The translations under genes were made by a program, and so were the position numbers. A stretch of 33,670 nt of DNA from a virus (taxonomy: Duplodnaviria > Caudoviricetes), in IMG/VR virus record IMGVR_UViG_3300037755_000910, positions 1 to 33,670 of that record. One strand, written 5' to 3'. The notes beneath the pieces are model-generated. The model saw only the letters and a list, made by a program, of their open reading frames with translations, was not told the DNA's origin and did not search any database. Shown here in pieces: positions 15,574 through 24,791 of the stretch; positions within the stretch are counted from its first letter, which is position 1; each line of letters begins with the position of its first letter.

Positions 15574-16259
15574 AAATGAAATATCTTCTGCTTTTTTTGC
15601 CGTGCCTTGCGTTCGCGGACGATACGAGACCTCGCAACACCAATCCGACCAGCGTCGTTGAAGACTCGATGTGTGTTCCGGATATTGCCGGGGTTGGATG
15701 TTTGCACGTAGATGAGGACGTGTCCGGGCTGGTCATCGAGATCATCGGCGACGACGGCACGACTATCGCGACTTACGATGACGCTGCCGAGCAAGAGGAC
15801 ATCGCGACGATCGGGACTTACGCGGCACCCAGCGCCAGCAACGTGCGGGTCAGCCCACAGGGCAATGCCGGGTCCGATTTCACGCAGATGATGCTCGCGG
15901 ACGCTGTCTACAGCGGGCAGGACTGGATCACCATATCGGTCAGCGACGGACAGCAAACTATTCTGGATTTCAAGCGCACGGTATACCTGTCGAAGCCTAC
16001 GATCACCGCCCAGAACGACACGACCATAGCCACTCTGGCCAGCCAGACCAGCTTTACCCTTACCAACGGAAGCTCCGACGACAACGCTTATAACGGCTGC
16101 ACGGCAATGATCACGGATCAGTCGACGGCAGAGCAGATTGCGATTGGAGATATCCTCGATTACACCGGCAGCACCAAGACGGTATTGCTGCGGTTTGATC
16201 CTGGCATTTTCACTATGGCCACAGGCGATCTGGTTACGATCACCTGTCTGGGGCGGTAA
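15570..16259 (+). CDS. Exported protein with C-terminal beta domain shared with the next gene
   Basis: ATGA overlap; MKMKYLLLFLPCLAFA|D; DDNAYNG...ILDYTGSTK...GDLVTI. Confidence 0.7.
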   Translation: MKMKYLLLFLPCLAFADDTRPRNTNPTSVVEDSMCVPDIAGVGCLHVDEDVSGLVIEIIGDDGTTIATYDDAAEQEDIATIGTYAAPSASNVRVSPQGNAGSDFTQMMLADAVYSGQDWITISVSDGQQTILDFKRTVYLSKPTITAQNDTTIATLASQTSFTLTNGSSDDNAYNGCTAMITDQSTAEQIAIGDILDYTGSTKTVLLRFDPGIFTMATGDLVTITCLGR

Positions 16260-16261
16260 CC

Positions 16262-16816
16262 ATGTGGGTAAAATCAGGGTCAGTGGACCGAAAGATTCCC
16301 TTCAACATGGGAGATATTGGACTGTCCAGTTTCACCGTGTACCGATCACGAAACGGTGAGGCGCCGGCCGCCATGACGACTCCAACTATCGCCGAGCTTG
16401 ACGACACCAATATGCCGGGTGAGTACGCCTTGACCCTGGATGAGGACACCACCATGGATGCCGGCAGCGTTACGGAGCAGATGGTGCTGTTGATATCGCA
16501 CGGTGGAGTGCCTCCGGTACGGGTCGAGATAACCCTGTTCAACAATCTTCCATCGGACATCGTACTGGTCAACGGAGCGGCCACCGGGGTCATCCTTGGC
16601 GAGGCCGAGACCGGCACCCTATCGACCACCCAGATCACCTCCGATCTGACCGGATACACCGCGGACCAGCTCATTGGGCGCCGTCTGGTGGTGCTTGGCG
16701 GACCGGCAGAGGGAGAGGCGCGAGCCATCACGGACTACGTCTCGACCGGTGGACTGATCACTTTCGAGGCGATGACCGTCGCGATGGAAGACGGGGATCC
16801 GTTCAAGATCGTGTAA
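16262..16816 (+). CDS. Phage protein without signal peptide, possibly virion-associated
   Basis: GLSSFTVYRSRNG...MPGEY.L.L; C-terminal DQLIGR...GEARAITDY...GDPFKIV. Confidence 0.7.
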   Translation: MWVKSGSVDRKIPFNMGDIGLSSFTVYRSRNGEAPAAMTTPTIAELDDTNMPGEYALTLDEDTTMDAGSVTEQMVLLISHGGVPPVRVEITLFNNLPSDIVLVNGAATGVILGEAETGTLSTTQITSDLTGYTADQLIGRRLVVLGGPAEGEARAITDYVSTGGLITFEAMTVAMEDGDPFKIV

Positions 16817-16892
16817 AAAATAAATCGGGCAAGTTCTTTCGCGGCCCATTTGTATTGGCTACGATGAAACCTCAATCGAATGGGAGAGTACC

Positions 16893-17066
16893 GTGCAATG
16901 GTATCTGATCGTTCTGCTGATGCCCCTCAACGAAGACCCCAGGGTGTTCGAGTTCGCAGTCAAGAGTGAGCAGGAATGCGCGGAGGCGGCCAGCGAGGTA
17001 GAGATTGGCCTGGACTCCGAGAGGGGCCTTTACAAGGGATACACGATCCTCTGCGAGGAGCGGTGA
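16893..17066 (+). CDS. Small protein (57 aa), not in the ORF track
   Basis: SD gggag; MQWYLIVLLM...ECAEAA...ILCEER*; GTGA overlap with the next gene. Confidence 0.6.
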   Translation: MQWYLIVLLMPLNEDPRVFEFAVKSEQECAEAASEVEIGLDSERGLYKGYTILCEER

Positions 17067-17422
17067 GCGTGTGGCGAGACTGGGACGTAAGCAGCCGGCG
17101 ATGGTACGAAACCGACCGCCCGCGTCCATGGGTTGTGTTCTCTATTGTCTCGTGCGTTTTGACCCCCATTCTCTTTTTTGTTTTTTTGGCTGTCTGGAGC
17201 GCCACGGGACCGCCGAGGTCCGCGGAAGCGGCGTGCTTCTTCCACCTGATGGAGGTTACCGCCCTTAAGTCATGCTACGAAAAGGTCAGCTGTCAGCTCA
17301 CCGAAAAAGAGATGATCGATCTCGAGAGGCACCATAAGCAGAGCGTGCTCCAGTGCGAGCGTTACATCTTCATTATGTCCCTGGAAAACGTGGTGCCGAT
17401 TGTACCTGACAAAGGAGTCTGA
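17063..17422 (+). CDS. Single-pass membrane protein, Cys-rich C-terminal domain
   Basis: TM VVFSIVSCVLTPILFFVFLAVW; SD gaggag. Confidence 0.6.
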   Translation: MSVWRDWDVSSRRWYETDRPRPWVVFSIVSCVLTPILFFVFLAVWSATGPPRSAEAACFFHLMEVTALKSCYEKVSCQLTEKEMIDLERHHKQSVLQCERYIFIMSLENVVPIVPDKGV

Positions 17423-17424
17423 CG

Positions 17425-17694
17425 ATGTCTGACGGAATATCCCACCCACACGAAAAGCGCCCGATTCGTTGGTGGTTCGGCGAGCGCCAAGACCGCTCTG
17501 GGTGGGTCACGGAATCTGTGGCCACGAACCTGACCAGAACCATTGATCGATATGCCAAGAACAGGGAAGGCAAAACGGTCAGGGCACAGGACGATGAATT
17601 GATTCACGTTCATCACGGGTACCGACCGCTCCTGGACGGATACAAGACGGCCCGCAAGGAGTTCTTCTTCAGGGGTGCCCGCGTATGCCGCTAG
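17425..17694 (+). CDS. Hypothetical protein (89 aa)
   Basis: SD aaggag; operon packing. Confidence 0.65.
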   Translation: MSDGISHPHEKRPIRWWFGERQDRSGWVTESVATNLTRTIDRYAKNREGKTVRAQDDELIHVHHGYRPLLDGYKTARKEFFFRGARVCR

Positions 17695-18089
17695 GTCCGT
17701 TTGCAACTCAGAGGAAATCCCGGTGGGTTAGCAAGATGCTGACTGGTATAGATAGCGGTTTCGGGCACGAAGACATGTCTTGGGCCAAGCGAGCCATGCT
17801 GGCGATTGATGGCCTGGACTTGGCCGGCCAAGAGGTAACCGCAAACTACCTCCGTGACCACTTGGCGCCGGTCGTGGGGTTTCCGCCGAACAAGTCACAC
17901 TTGGGTACCCTGATCCGACGAGGGACCGAAAGCGGACTGTTGCGCCGTACCGGGCGCAAGGTACGGCTTGATGGGAACGCCGCCTGTAGTGGCTACGTCG
18001 TTGCCGGTCGGGCTGAGGTTGACCGGTCAACGCGCCGGGTTGTGGTGATACCAGTTGGAGGGACAGATGGCCGACAGATCAGAGATTGA
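17685..18089 (+). CDS. Hypothetical protein, possible winged helix
   Basis: TANYLRDHL...PPNKSHLGTLIRRG...GLLRRTG. Confidence 0.55.
   Translation: MPLGPFATQRKSRWVSKMLTGIDSGFGHEDMSWAKRAMLAIDGLDLAGQEVTANYLRDHLAPVVGFPPNKSHLGTLIRRGTESGLLRRTGRKVRLDGNAACSGYVVAGRAEVDRSTRRVVVIPVGGTDGRQIRD
18018..18031. repeat. Palindrome GTTGACCGGTCAAC, copy 3
   Basis: Exact 14-mer within a CDS (VDRST). Confidence 0.95.
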
Positions 18090-18324
18090 GCGCACGTCCG
18101 CCGAGGTTCGGCGCAAGCTCTACTGCCGAATCGAGAAGGCACCGCCAGGCGCAACCGAGGTCGAAGTGTCCTTGCTGAAGGACGTTACAGCCTTGCTGTT
18201 GGACTACTCGTTTGAGCTGGCCCAGGCCAACCGGCACGCGGATGACCTATGGGCGCAGCTCATGAAGGAGAAGCGTGCCGTAACGTACCGGGACAGGGTG
18301 ATTGCCAAGTACCGGGCAGGGTAG
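18067..18324 (+). CDS. Hypothetical protein (85 aa)
   Basis: SD ggaggg. Confidence 0.65.
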   Translation: MADRSEIERTSAEVRRKLYCRIEKAPPGATEVEVSLLKDVTALLLDYSFELAQANRHADDLWAQLMKEKRAVTYRDRVIAKYRAG

Positions 18325-18325
18325 A

Positions 18326-18538
18326 ATGGAAACCGCCGTGGCACCGGTCGGCACGCCATTCAGGGTGTGGGTAAGCTGCCTCAGGAAAAAGCGCTACGGG
18401 CACAAGAAGGATGCGCGGATGGCTTTGCTACAGTGCTGGAGGCGGGGCAGGAGCGAACGGTCGTTCTATCCTTGCGAATATTGCGGGTGCTTTCACCTCA
18501 CAAAACAGGAGCCCGGGGAGGGTAGTAGAGAAATATGA
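18326..18538 (+). CDS. Small zinc-finger protein
   Basis: C..KKRY...A...Y.CEYCGCFHLT. Confidence 0.7.
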   Translation: METAVAPVGTPFRVWVSCLRKKRYGHKKDARMALLQCWRRGRSERSFYPCEYCGCFHLTKQEPGEGSREI

Positions 18539-18948
18539 CAACCGTGGCGGCTCGAGAAGGCAAGATTGCTTGCGACTCTCGCCTGACCGGCGGCTTCATC
18601 GCAAAGGCGAACAAGATTATCGTGGGCGATGGCGTGATTGTCGGTTACGCCGGAGACTGGATTGCCGCGGAATGCCTGGGAAGACACATCGCCGGTCTTG
18701 ACGAAGAAAAGCCAAAGCGCGATAGCGACGATGACGTAGAGTTCCTGGTTCTGCGCCCGAAGGGAATTTTCATGGTTGATCGCAGGCTGAGAGAAGTGAA
18801 GATCTGCGACAAGTATTGGGCCATCGGATCAGGATGTCAGGCCGCGATGGTTGCTATGCATATGGGTGCCACCGCGAAGGAAGCGGTGGAAATGGCGAAA
18901 CTGGTTGATGAATGTACTGGCGGGCGCGTTCGGGAGTACAGCTTGTGA
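18535..18948 (+). CDS. Ntn-hydrolase (HslV/proteasome beta-like) protein
   Basis: N-terminal M-TT, ACDSR, GYAGD, AIGSG, A..MGATAKEAV..A...D..TGG. Confidence 0.8.
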   Translation: MTTVAAREGKIACDSRLTGGFIAKANKIIVGDGVIVGYAGDWIAAECLGRHIAGLDEEKPKRDSDDDVEFLVLRPKGIFMVDRRLREVKICDKYWAIGSGCQAAMVAMHMGATAKEAVEMAKLVDECTGGRVREYSL

Positions 18949-19157
18949 AACAGAAAATTCGGAGGTGGGTCTGGCGGGTCAGCGGCGCGCAGGCTGAACT
19001 GGACAAGCAAGAGCGACAGATCAATCTTCTCACGGAAGCTCTTGTGGAGGCGTGGGCACTCGCGCGTAAAGAGCTGCGCAAGCAACATACTTCCGCCCAC
19101 ATAACCGAAGAAGGAATGGAGTACAGGGTGCGGGAGCCCTATCGTCCAAAGAACTAA
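18945..19157 (+). CDS. Hypothetical protein (70 aa)
   Basis: GTGA overlap; abuts the terL start. Confidence 0.6.
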   Translation: MKQKIRRWVWRVSGAQAELDKQERQINLLTEALVEAWALARKELRKQHTSAHITEEGMEYRVREPYRPKN

Positions 19158-21812
19158 TTGAGCAATGCGGTACCCGCCCAGAACCTGACCCAGATTCAGG
19201 CCGAACTTGCGCGGCGTGATCACTATCGTTTTTTCAAGGACGCGTGGTCCATTTTGGATCCTGCTCCGTTCTGCGATACGTGGCATCTTGAGGTTATCTC
19301 CGAGTTCCTGACCTACGTGACTCTGGGCGACATCCTGCGCCTGATTATCAGCATGCCTCCACGCATGACAAAACCGGTTTCGGTGGAGTCCGTGGTGGCG
19401 ACACGGCGTGGCCTTGTGCGCCTTGGCGACATTGTCGTCGGCGATGAGGTTCTGACGCATGCCGGTCGATTCCGCCCGGTGACGGCCGTCCACGATCAAG
19501 GTGTATTGCGGGACATGATCAAGGTGGAGACCCGCCTCGGCAGGATCTCACGAGCGCACGCCTCCCACCCATACCTTACGCCAGGCGGATGGCTGCCGAT
19601 CGGTGAACTGCGACCGGGTGATGTACTGGGCTGCCCACGCATGCCAGATACGCAATCATCCAGCTTGTACGCTGAAGCGGAGCTGGCCGGGTACTTTGTC
19701 GGGGATGGCTCAACGACGAAGAACCAAGCGTCGGTTACGTGCGCTGACCAGATCCAGATTGATCGCATGAAGGAGTGCGCGGATTCTCTCGGATTCAAGT
19801 ATCACATCACAAAACCCAATGGATCTGGGGCAGCGTACCGGGTGGCATTCAAGGGTGGCGTGCGACCGTGGTTACGACAGCTTGGACTCGCAGAGAAAAC
19901 CTCTCACACCAAGACCGTCCCGGAATTTGTACTGCAGAACCCATCGCTCTGGAGGCCGTTCATCGGTGCCTATATGGCCTGCGACGCCACGGTCGGAAAG
20001 CGCGGTGGTCGTAACCGCGACGATTACATGGTCGCCATCACCAGCGTGAACGAGGCTCTAATAGATCAGGTTTTGATCATGTTGGGACTACTCGGCGTTC
20101 GTATGTACAAACGCAGGCGCACCACCGATCAGAATTCCTTCAAGGAGGGCGTTAAGTATTTCGTATTGCAAGCCACCGCTCAGGACGATGTTGCGAGACT
20201 CGCAGAGATTGGGATGCATAGCGAAAAGCAACAGCGAATCTCTTCGGTACGTAAAAAGTCATTTGATCCAGATATCTTGTCTGACATGGTCGAAACTGTC
20301 GTACCGTCCGCCCCTGCGCACTGCAAGTGCTTGACCGTAGAGGACGACCATAGCTTTGTAGCCGACGGCCTGATTGTCAGCAACAGCCTGAAGTGCTCAG
20401 TATCGTGGCCGGTATGGAGCTGGGTGCAGAATCCCAAGCTGCAGTTCCTGACGGCCTCTTACGACCTCGACCTGTCCAAGCGAGACACCCTGAAGTCTCG
20501 GCGCCTTATTGAGTCGTCGTGGTTCCAAGAACGGTGGGGTAGAGAGTTCAAGCTATCCGCCGACGAGAACATGAAGGGTCGTTACTCGAATACCAAGGGC
20601 GGCCACCGTATCGCCATTACCTCTGGCGGCAAGACTACCGGAGAGGGTGGCGATGTCATCCTCATCGACGACGCGCATAACGCGCGCGAAGTCTACTCGG
20701 ACGTGAAGCGTGAGGGCGTACTCGAGTGGTACGACAACGCTATGCGGTCCCGTCTCAACAACCAGAACACCGGCGCCATCGTGCATGTCGGCCAGAGGAC
20801 GCACGAGGGCGACGTGATCGGCCACGTACTCAGGAAGGAGGGCAAGGTCCAGCTCAACGACGATGGAAAATGGGTGCATCTGGTTTTGCCGAACGAGTAC
20901 CGTCCGAGCAAGCGCTGTGTTGTGTACCTGCCGAGGGATATCAAGCGAGCCAAGGAAGATCCTGACTTTGAGCCCACGCCGATCTTCGAGGACCCACGCA
21001 AGAACGAGGGAGAACTACTATGCCCTGGCCGGCTCGGCAAAGAGGCAACGAACGCGCTGAAGCCTCCTCACGGCATGAGCGAGCGCGACTACAACTCCCA
21101 GTACCAGCAGGACCCCGCGGCCGACCAGGGTCTGATTCTCAAGAAGCACTGGTGGCAGCCGTGGATCTACCCGGAATGGCACCCGCATCACCACCGCAGG
21201 CGCGAGATGCCGAAGTGCGAGATGCTGATCCAGATTTACGACACCGCGTTCGAGACCGAGGAGGAGAACGATTACTCGGCTCGTACTACGTGGGGAGTAT
21301 TCACGTATGCGCCCGAGTCCATGCATCACCAGACCCGCGCCATCCTCCAAGGGAAGCCCAAGCGGTGCGCCATTCTGGTCGAGGCATGGCGGGACAAGAT
21401 AGCGTTTCCGCAGCTCAGGCGGGAGGCGATCCGATCCTACAACAAGATGGATCCGGATATGGTTCTGATTGAGAAGAAGGCGAGCGGACACTCGTTAATT
21501 CAAGAACTTAGGCAGTCAGGGGTTCGAGTCAAGGCCGTAGACCCCAAGGGGAAGGACAAAGTGTTGCGCGCCCATGTGAGTTCGGCACCGCTTGAGCAGG
21601 GCTGCATATTCTACGTGCCCGGCCACAACGAAGCGAACGACGTGATCGAGGAGTGCAGCAAGTTCCCGATGGGCATCAACGACGACTATGTCGACACCGT
21701 GGTCATGATGCTGGCGTACCTTCGGCGGATGGGGTCGATCGAGTACTTCGATGAAGAAGATGATGAGATCAATTTGTTCAAGCCGCGCCGTGAAAGGGGT
21801 ATCTATGGGTAA
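19158..21812 (+). CDS. terL: Terminase large subunit containing an intein
   Basis: Walker A MPPRMTK/S split by the intein; TGEGGDVILIDD Walker B; QYQQDP; YDTA, DYSA, IEKKASG, DDYVD nuclease motifs. Confidence 0.95.
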   Translation: MSNAVPAQNLTQIQAELARRDHYRFFKDAWSILDPAPFCDTWHLEVISEFLTYVTLGDILRLIISMPPRMTKPVSVESVVATRRGLVRLGDIVVGDEVLTHAGRFRPVTAVHDQGVLRDMIKVETRLGRISRAHASHPYLTPGGWLPIGELRPGDVLGCPRMPDTQSSSLYAEAELAGYFVGDGSTTKNQASVTCADQIQIDRMKECADSLGFKYHITKPNGSGAAYRVAFKGGVRPWLRQLGLAEKTSHTKTVPEFVLQNPSLWRPFIGAYMACDATVGKRGGRNRDDYMVAITSVNEALIDQVLIMLGLLGVRMYKRRRTTDQNSFKEGVKYFVLQATAQDDVARLAEIGMHSEKQQRISSVRKKSFDPDILSDMVETVVPSAPAHCKCLTVEDDHSFVADGLIVSNSLKCSVSWPVWSWVQNPKLQFLTASYDLDLSKRDTLKSRRLIESSWFQERWGREFKLSADENMKGRYSNTKGGHRIAITSGGKTTGEGGDVILIDDAHNAREVYSDVKREGVLEWYDNAMRSRLNNQNTGAIVHVGQRTHEGDVIGHVLRKEGKVQLNDDGKWVHLVLPNEYRPSKRCVVYLPRDIKRAKEDPDFEPTPIFEDPRKNEGELLCPGRLGKEATNALKPPHGMSERDYNSQYQQDPAADQGLILKKHWWQPWIYPEWHPHHHRRREMPKCEMLIQIYDTAFETEEENDYSARTTWGVFTYAPESMHHQTRAILQGKPKRCAILVEAWRDKIAFPQLRREAIRSYNKMDPDMVLIEKKASGHSLIQELRQSGVRVKAVDPKGKDKVLRAHVSSAPLEQGCIFYVPGHNEANDVIEECSKFPMGINDDYVDTVVMMLAYLRRMGSIEYFDEEDDEINLFKPRRERGIYG
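19374..20384 (+). mobile_element. Intein (337 aa), class 3-like, with LAGLIDADG endonuclease
   Basis: Starts PVSVES, block B HASHPYLTPGGW, LAGYFVGDGS, FIGAYMACDA, block F CKCLTVEDDHSF, ends IVSN before Ser+1. Confidence 0.92.
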
Positions 21813-21871
21813 CGTGCCAGGAAGGCCCTCAGCCAAGGATTTGCAAATACCTTAGATGTTATATTGTCGAG

Positions 21872-22153
21872 GTGAAGGAAAAGCCCAAGTACCAGCCCAC
21901 CAAAACAGACCGCGCGATGGCCGAAGGGGTGGATGATCTCCTGACGGCCCTGATGCATGGGGACTTGGTCGGTCTTGGGGTGTGCGCAACAACCAAAGAG
22001 GGACGGCCCGTGTATTTCTATCTGGATAAGCTCGAGAGCCACGACTCTCTCTCGAATCCTATGTCGAAGCTGATGGGTCTTTACACGATGAACCGCGCCT
22101 TCAACAAGCAGATCACGGCTCCGAAGTCCAACCGAAGCTTTATGGTTCACTGA
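21872..22153 (+). CDS. Hypothetical protein (93 aa)
   Basis: ORF between terL and portal; TGATG overlap with portal. Confidence 0.7.
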   Translation: MKEKPKYQPTKTDRAMAEGVDDLLTALMHGDLVGLGVCATTKEGRPVYFYLDKLESHDSLSNPMSKLMGLYTMNRAFNKQITAPKSNRSFMVH

Positions 22154-24540
22154 TGGCGAGCAAGTACGGAAATAGCTACGACGATGACGACGTTATGCTG
22201 GACGGGGATGACCCGTACGCGGACGTGAAGCGCACCGAAGATGGTGCCGCCGTATATTCTGACGGGGACGACATCGTAGTAGATCTGGACGGGCGCGGCC
22301 CTGACGACGATGACGGGGAGGAATCTGATCACGACGAGAACCTTGCGGAAAAGCTGGACGCGGACGAGCGCCGCAAGATCGGCGAAGACTTGGTTCTGGC
22401 CGTCAAGGCCGACGACGAGTCCCGCGAGAAATGGAAGCGCAGGCTTCGCGAAGGTCTGGAGCTGATCGGGGTAGAGGACATTCCGAGCGACTCCTCCGCG
22501 TTCGATGGGTCCAGCACCGTCAATCACCCGGCCATCGCCGAGGCCATGGTGCGGTTCCAGGCCAACGCTATCGAGGAGGTATTCCCCGCGGAAGGCCCGG
22601 TTAAGTGCGTCGTGGTCGGGGAGTCGAATCCGGAGCTGCAGGACCAGGCGGTTCGCGTTCAGGACTTTATGAACTACCAGCTGACCGAGGCCGACGACGA
22701 GTATTTCGAGCAGTCTGACCAGTTGACCATGTACCTGCCGTACGCCGGTAGTGCGTTCCGAAAGGTCTACTACGACCACACGGAGGAGGTCTCCGTGTCC
22801 CGCTTCGTGGATGCGCAACACTTCATCGTGCCGTACGACGCCACCTCACTGAAGACCTCGAGGCGCTACACCCACTGGTACACCCTGAGCGACGTAGAGT
22901 GTGAAGCCAGAAAGCGCTCTGGTGAGTTCCTGAAGGACGTAAAGCTGGACCCGGACGGGAAGCTGGGCGGGCGCGGGGAAGATAGCCTGTCGGACGTTTC
23001 GGACGACCGTGAGGAATCAAGGGCAGAGGACGACGTCACCTACGACTTCTACGAAGTACACGTTGAGATGTGCTTCGAGCAGTTCGACCAGGAGGAGGGC
23101 GAGGATATTGCCTACCCATACGTGGTCACGGTTGAGGTCATTTCCGGCGAGATCATGGCCATCCGCCGGCTATGGAAAGAGGGCGATGAGCGGCGCCGCA
23201 AGCGCGTCCACTTCATCCACTACAAATTCCTGCCTGGACTTGGGTTCTACGGATGGGGATACCTGCACATCATAGGCTCCCTTGGGAGGGCGGCATCCGG
23301 CGCGCTGCGTGCGCTTCTGGACGGCTCCGCAACCGCATCCCTGCAGGGTGGCTTCAAGTCCAAGGAATCGAAGGTCGCCGGGGAGTTCGTCTTCAAGCCT
23401 GGAATATGGCAGGACGTGGACATGACCGCGGAGGACCTTTCGAAGTCGTTCTATACGCCGCCGTTCAAGGAGCCGTCTCCGGCCCTGTTTCACACCCTTG
23501 ACCTGTTGGTTAACGGTATCAAGACGTTCGCCTCTACTACCGAGGCCATGACCGGCGCCGCCGACAACAAGGGTCCTGTAGGGACTACGCTGGCCCTGAT
23601 CGAGCAGGGCTCCAAGATATATTCTGGCATCCACAAGCGCATGCACAACGCGGCGCGTCGGGAGTTCAAGCTCCTGGCGGCGCTTAACCACGAGTGCATG
23701 GAAGAGGAGGAGTACCCGTACGATGTCTCTGGCGGGGACCGGTCCGTATTCAAGTCGGACTTCGATGGCAGGGTAGACATCCTGCCGGTGTCCGACCCGA
23801 ACATCTACTCGAGCGTACAGCGCATCGCTCAGGCCCAGGCAGTACTTGAGCTGATTACTCAAGACGCATCCATGTACGACGAGGAGTCCAAGCGAATTGC
23901 TCACCTCGAGATGTACAAGGCCCTGCGCATTCCCAAGCCGGAGCGATTCCTGCCCAAGAAGCGCACCAAGCGCATGGACCCGGTCACGGAGAACCAGATC
24001 ATTCTCACCGGAGGCGGCGTCGAGGCGTACCCTGAGCAGGACCACCAGGCCCATATCCAAATCCACCAGATGTTCCTGATGGAGGTGCAAGGTATGGGGC
24101 TTGATCCACAGGCGGTTCAGGCCGTCACGTTCAGCATGCAGGCTCACCTGGTTTCCCACCACGCGCACGCGTACAGGTTGCGCATCGAGCAGCAGATCGG
24201 GGTGCCTCTTCCAGATACCGACTTCACAGAGATACGGGACGAGGAGGATGTGCCGATCGAGATCGACAACGCGGTAGCTAGAGCCGTTGCGGCCACGGTC
24301 GCGCCACCACCGCCGCCTCAGGGTCCGGAGCCAGATCCGCTCGAAATGAAGCAGAAGGAGCACGAACAGCGTCTGGCACACAAGGACGAGGAGCACAAAC
24401 AGAAGCTGTCTCATAAGCAGTCTGAGCATGACCTTGACCTGTCGGCCGACGAGGAATCGCACGATCAGGCCATGCGCAAGAAGACCGCGGACAACATCAT
24501 CGACTCGGCGGCACGGGTCGACAAGATGTCCAGCGAATAA
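22153..24540 (+). CDS. Portal protein
   Basis: D..SR..W, HP.IAEA.VRFQA, FMNYQLT, GSAFRKVYYD, FLPGLGFYG.G..H.IG, PFKEPS..LF, PVGTTLALIE; position after terL. Confidence 0.9.
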   Translation: MASKYGNSYDDDDVMLDGDDPYADVKRTEDGAAVYSDGDDIVVDLDGRGPDDDDGEESDHDENLAEKLDADERRKIGEDLVLAVKADDESREKWKRRLREGLELIGVEDIPSDSSAFDGSSTVNHPAIAEAMVRFQANAIEEVFPAEGPVKCVVVGESNPELQDQAVRVQDFMNYQLTEADDEYFEQSDQLTMYLPYAGSAFRKVYYDHTEEVSVSRFVDAQHFIVPYDATSLKTSRRYTHWYTLSDVECEARKRSGEFLKDVKLDPDGKLGGRGEDSLSDVSDDREESRAEDDVTYDFYEVHVEMCFEQFDQEEGEDIAYPYVVTVEVISGEIMAIRRLWKEGDERRRKRVHFIHYKFLPGLGFYGWGYLHIIGSLGRAASGALRALLDGSATASLQGGFKSKESKVAGEFVFKPGIWQDVDMTAEDLSKSFYTPPFKEPSPALFHTLDLLVNGIKTFASTTEAMTGAADNKGPVGTTLALIEQGSKIYSGIHKRMHNAARREFKLLAALNHECMEEEEYPYDVSGGDRSVFKSDFDGRVDILPVSDPNIYSSVQRIAQAQAVLELITQDASMYDEESKRIAHLEMYKALRIPKPERFLPKKRTKRMDPVTENQIILTGGGVEAYPEQDHQAHIQIHQMFLMEVQGMGLDPQAVQAVTFSMQAHLVSHHAHAYRLRIEQQIGVPLPDTDFTEIRDEEDVPIEIDNAVARAVAATVAPPPPPQGPEPDPLEMKQKEHEQRLAHKDEEHKQKLSHKQSEHDLDLSADEESHDQAMRKKTADNIIDSAARVDKMSSE

Positions 24541-24765
24541 ATGGCGGCGGCACTACCTAAGGAGGTTCGTGCTGCGCGCGGCTTCTTGCGGGGTCACGGT
24601 ATTTCCACCAAGGAGATACCCCCGCGGAAGCTGGCAAACGCTGCCAAGGAACTGAATAAGGGCTTCAAGGAGGTTCTGAGGCTCCTGATGCGGCTACGCT
24701 CTGGCGGCCAGAATCAGGCCCAGGAAAGACGAGAGAATATACGGAAAGCGGCTGCGGCCGAGTAA
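24541..24765 (+). CDS. Hypothetical basic protein (74 aa)
   Basis: Abuts the portal stop. Confidence 0.65.
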   Translation: MAAALPKEVRAARGFLRGHGISTKEIPPRKLANAAKELNKGFKEVLRLLMRLRSGGQNQAQERRENIRKAAAAE

Positions 24766-24791
24766 TCGGATGGCAATGGAGGTAAAAAGGG

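Noticed and set aside
23170-24462. 430-aa minus-strand ORF and other long antisense ORFs (5003-5761, 27907-28641, 29482-30330)
   Set aside because: Shadows of high-GC coding genes on the opposite strand, with no recognisable motifs
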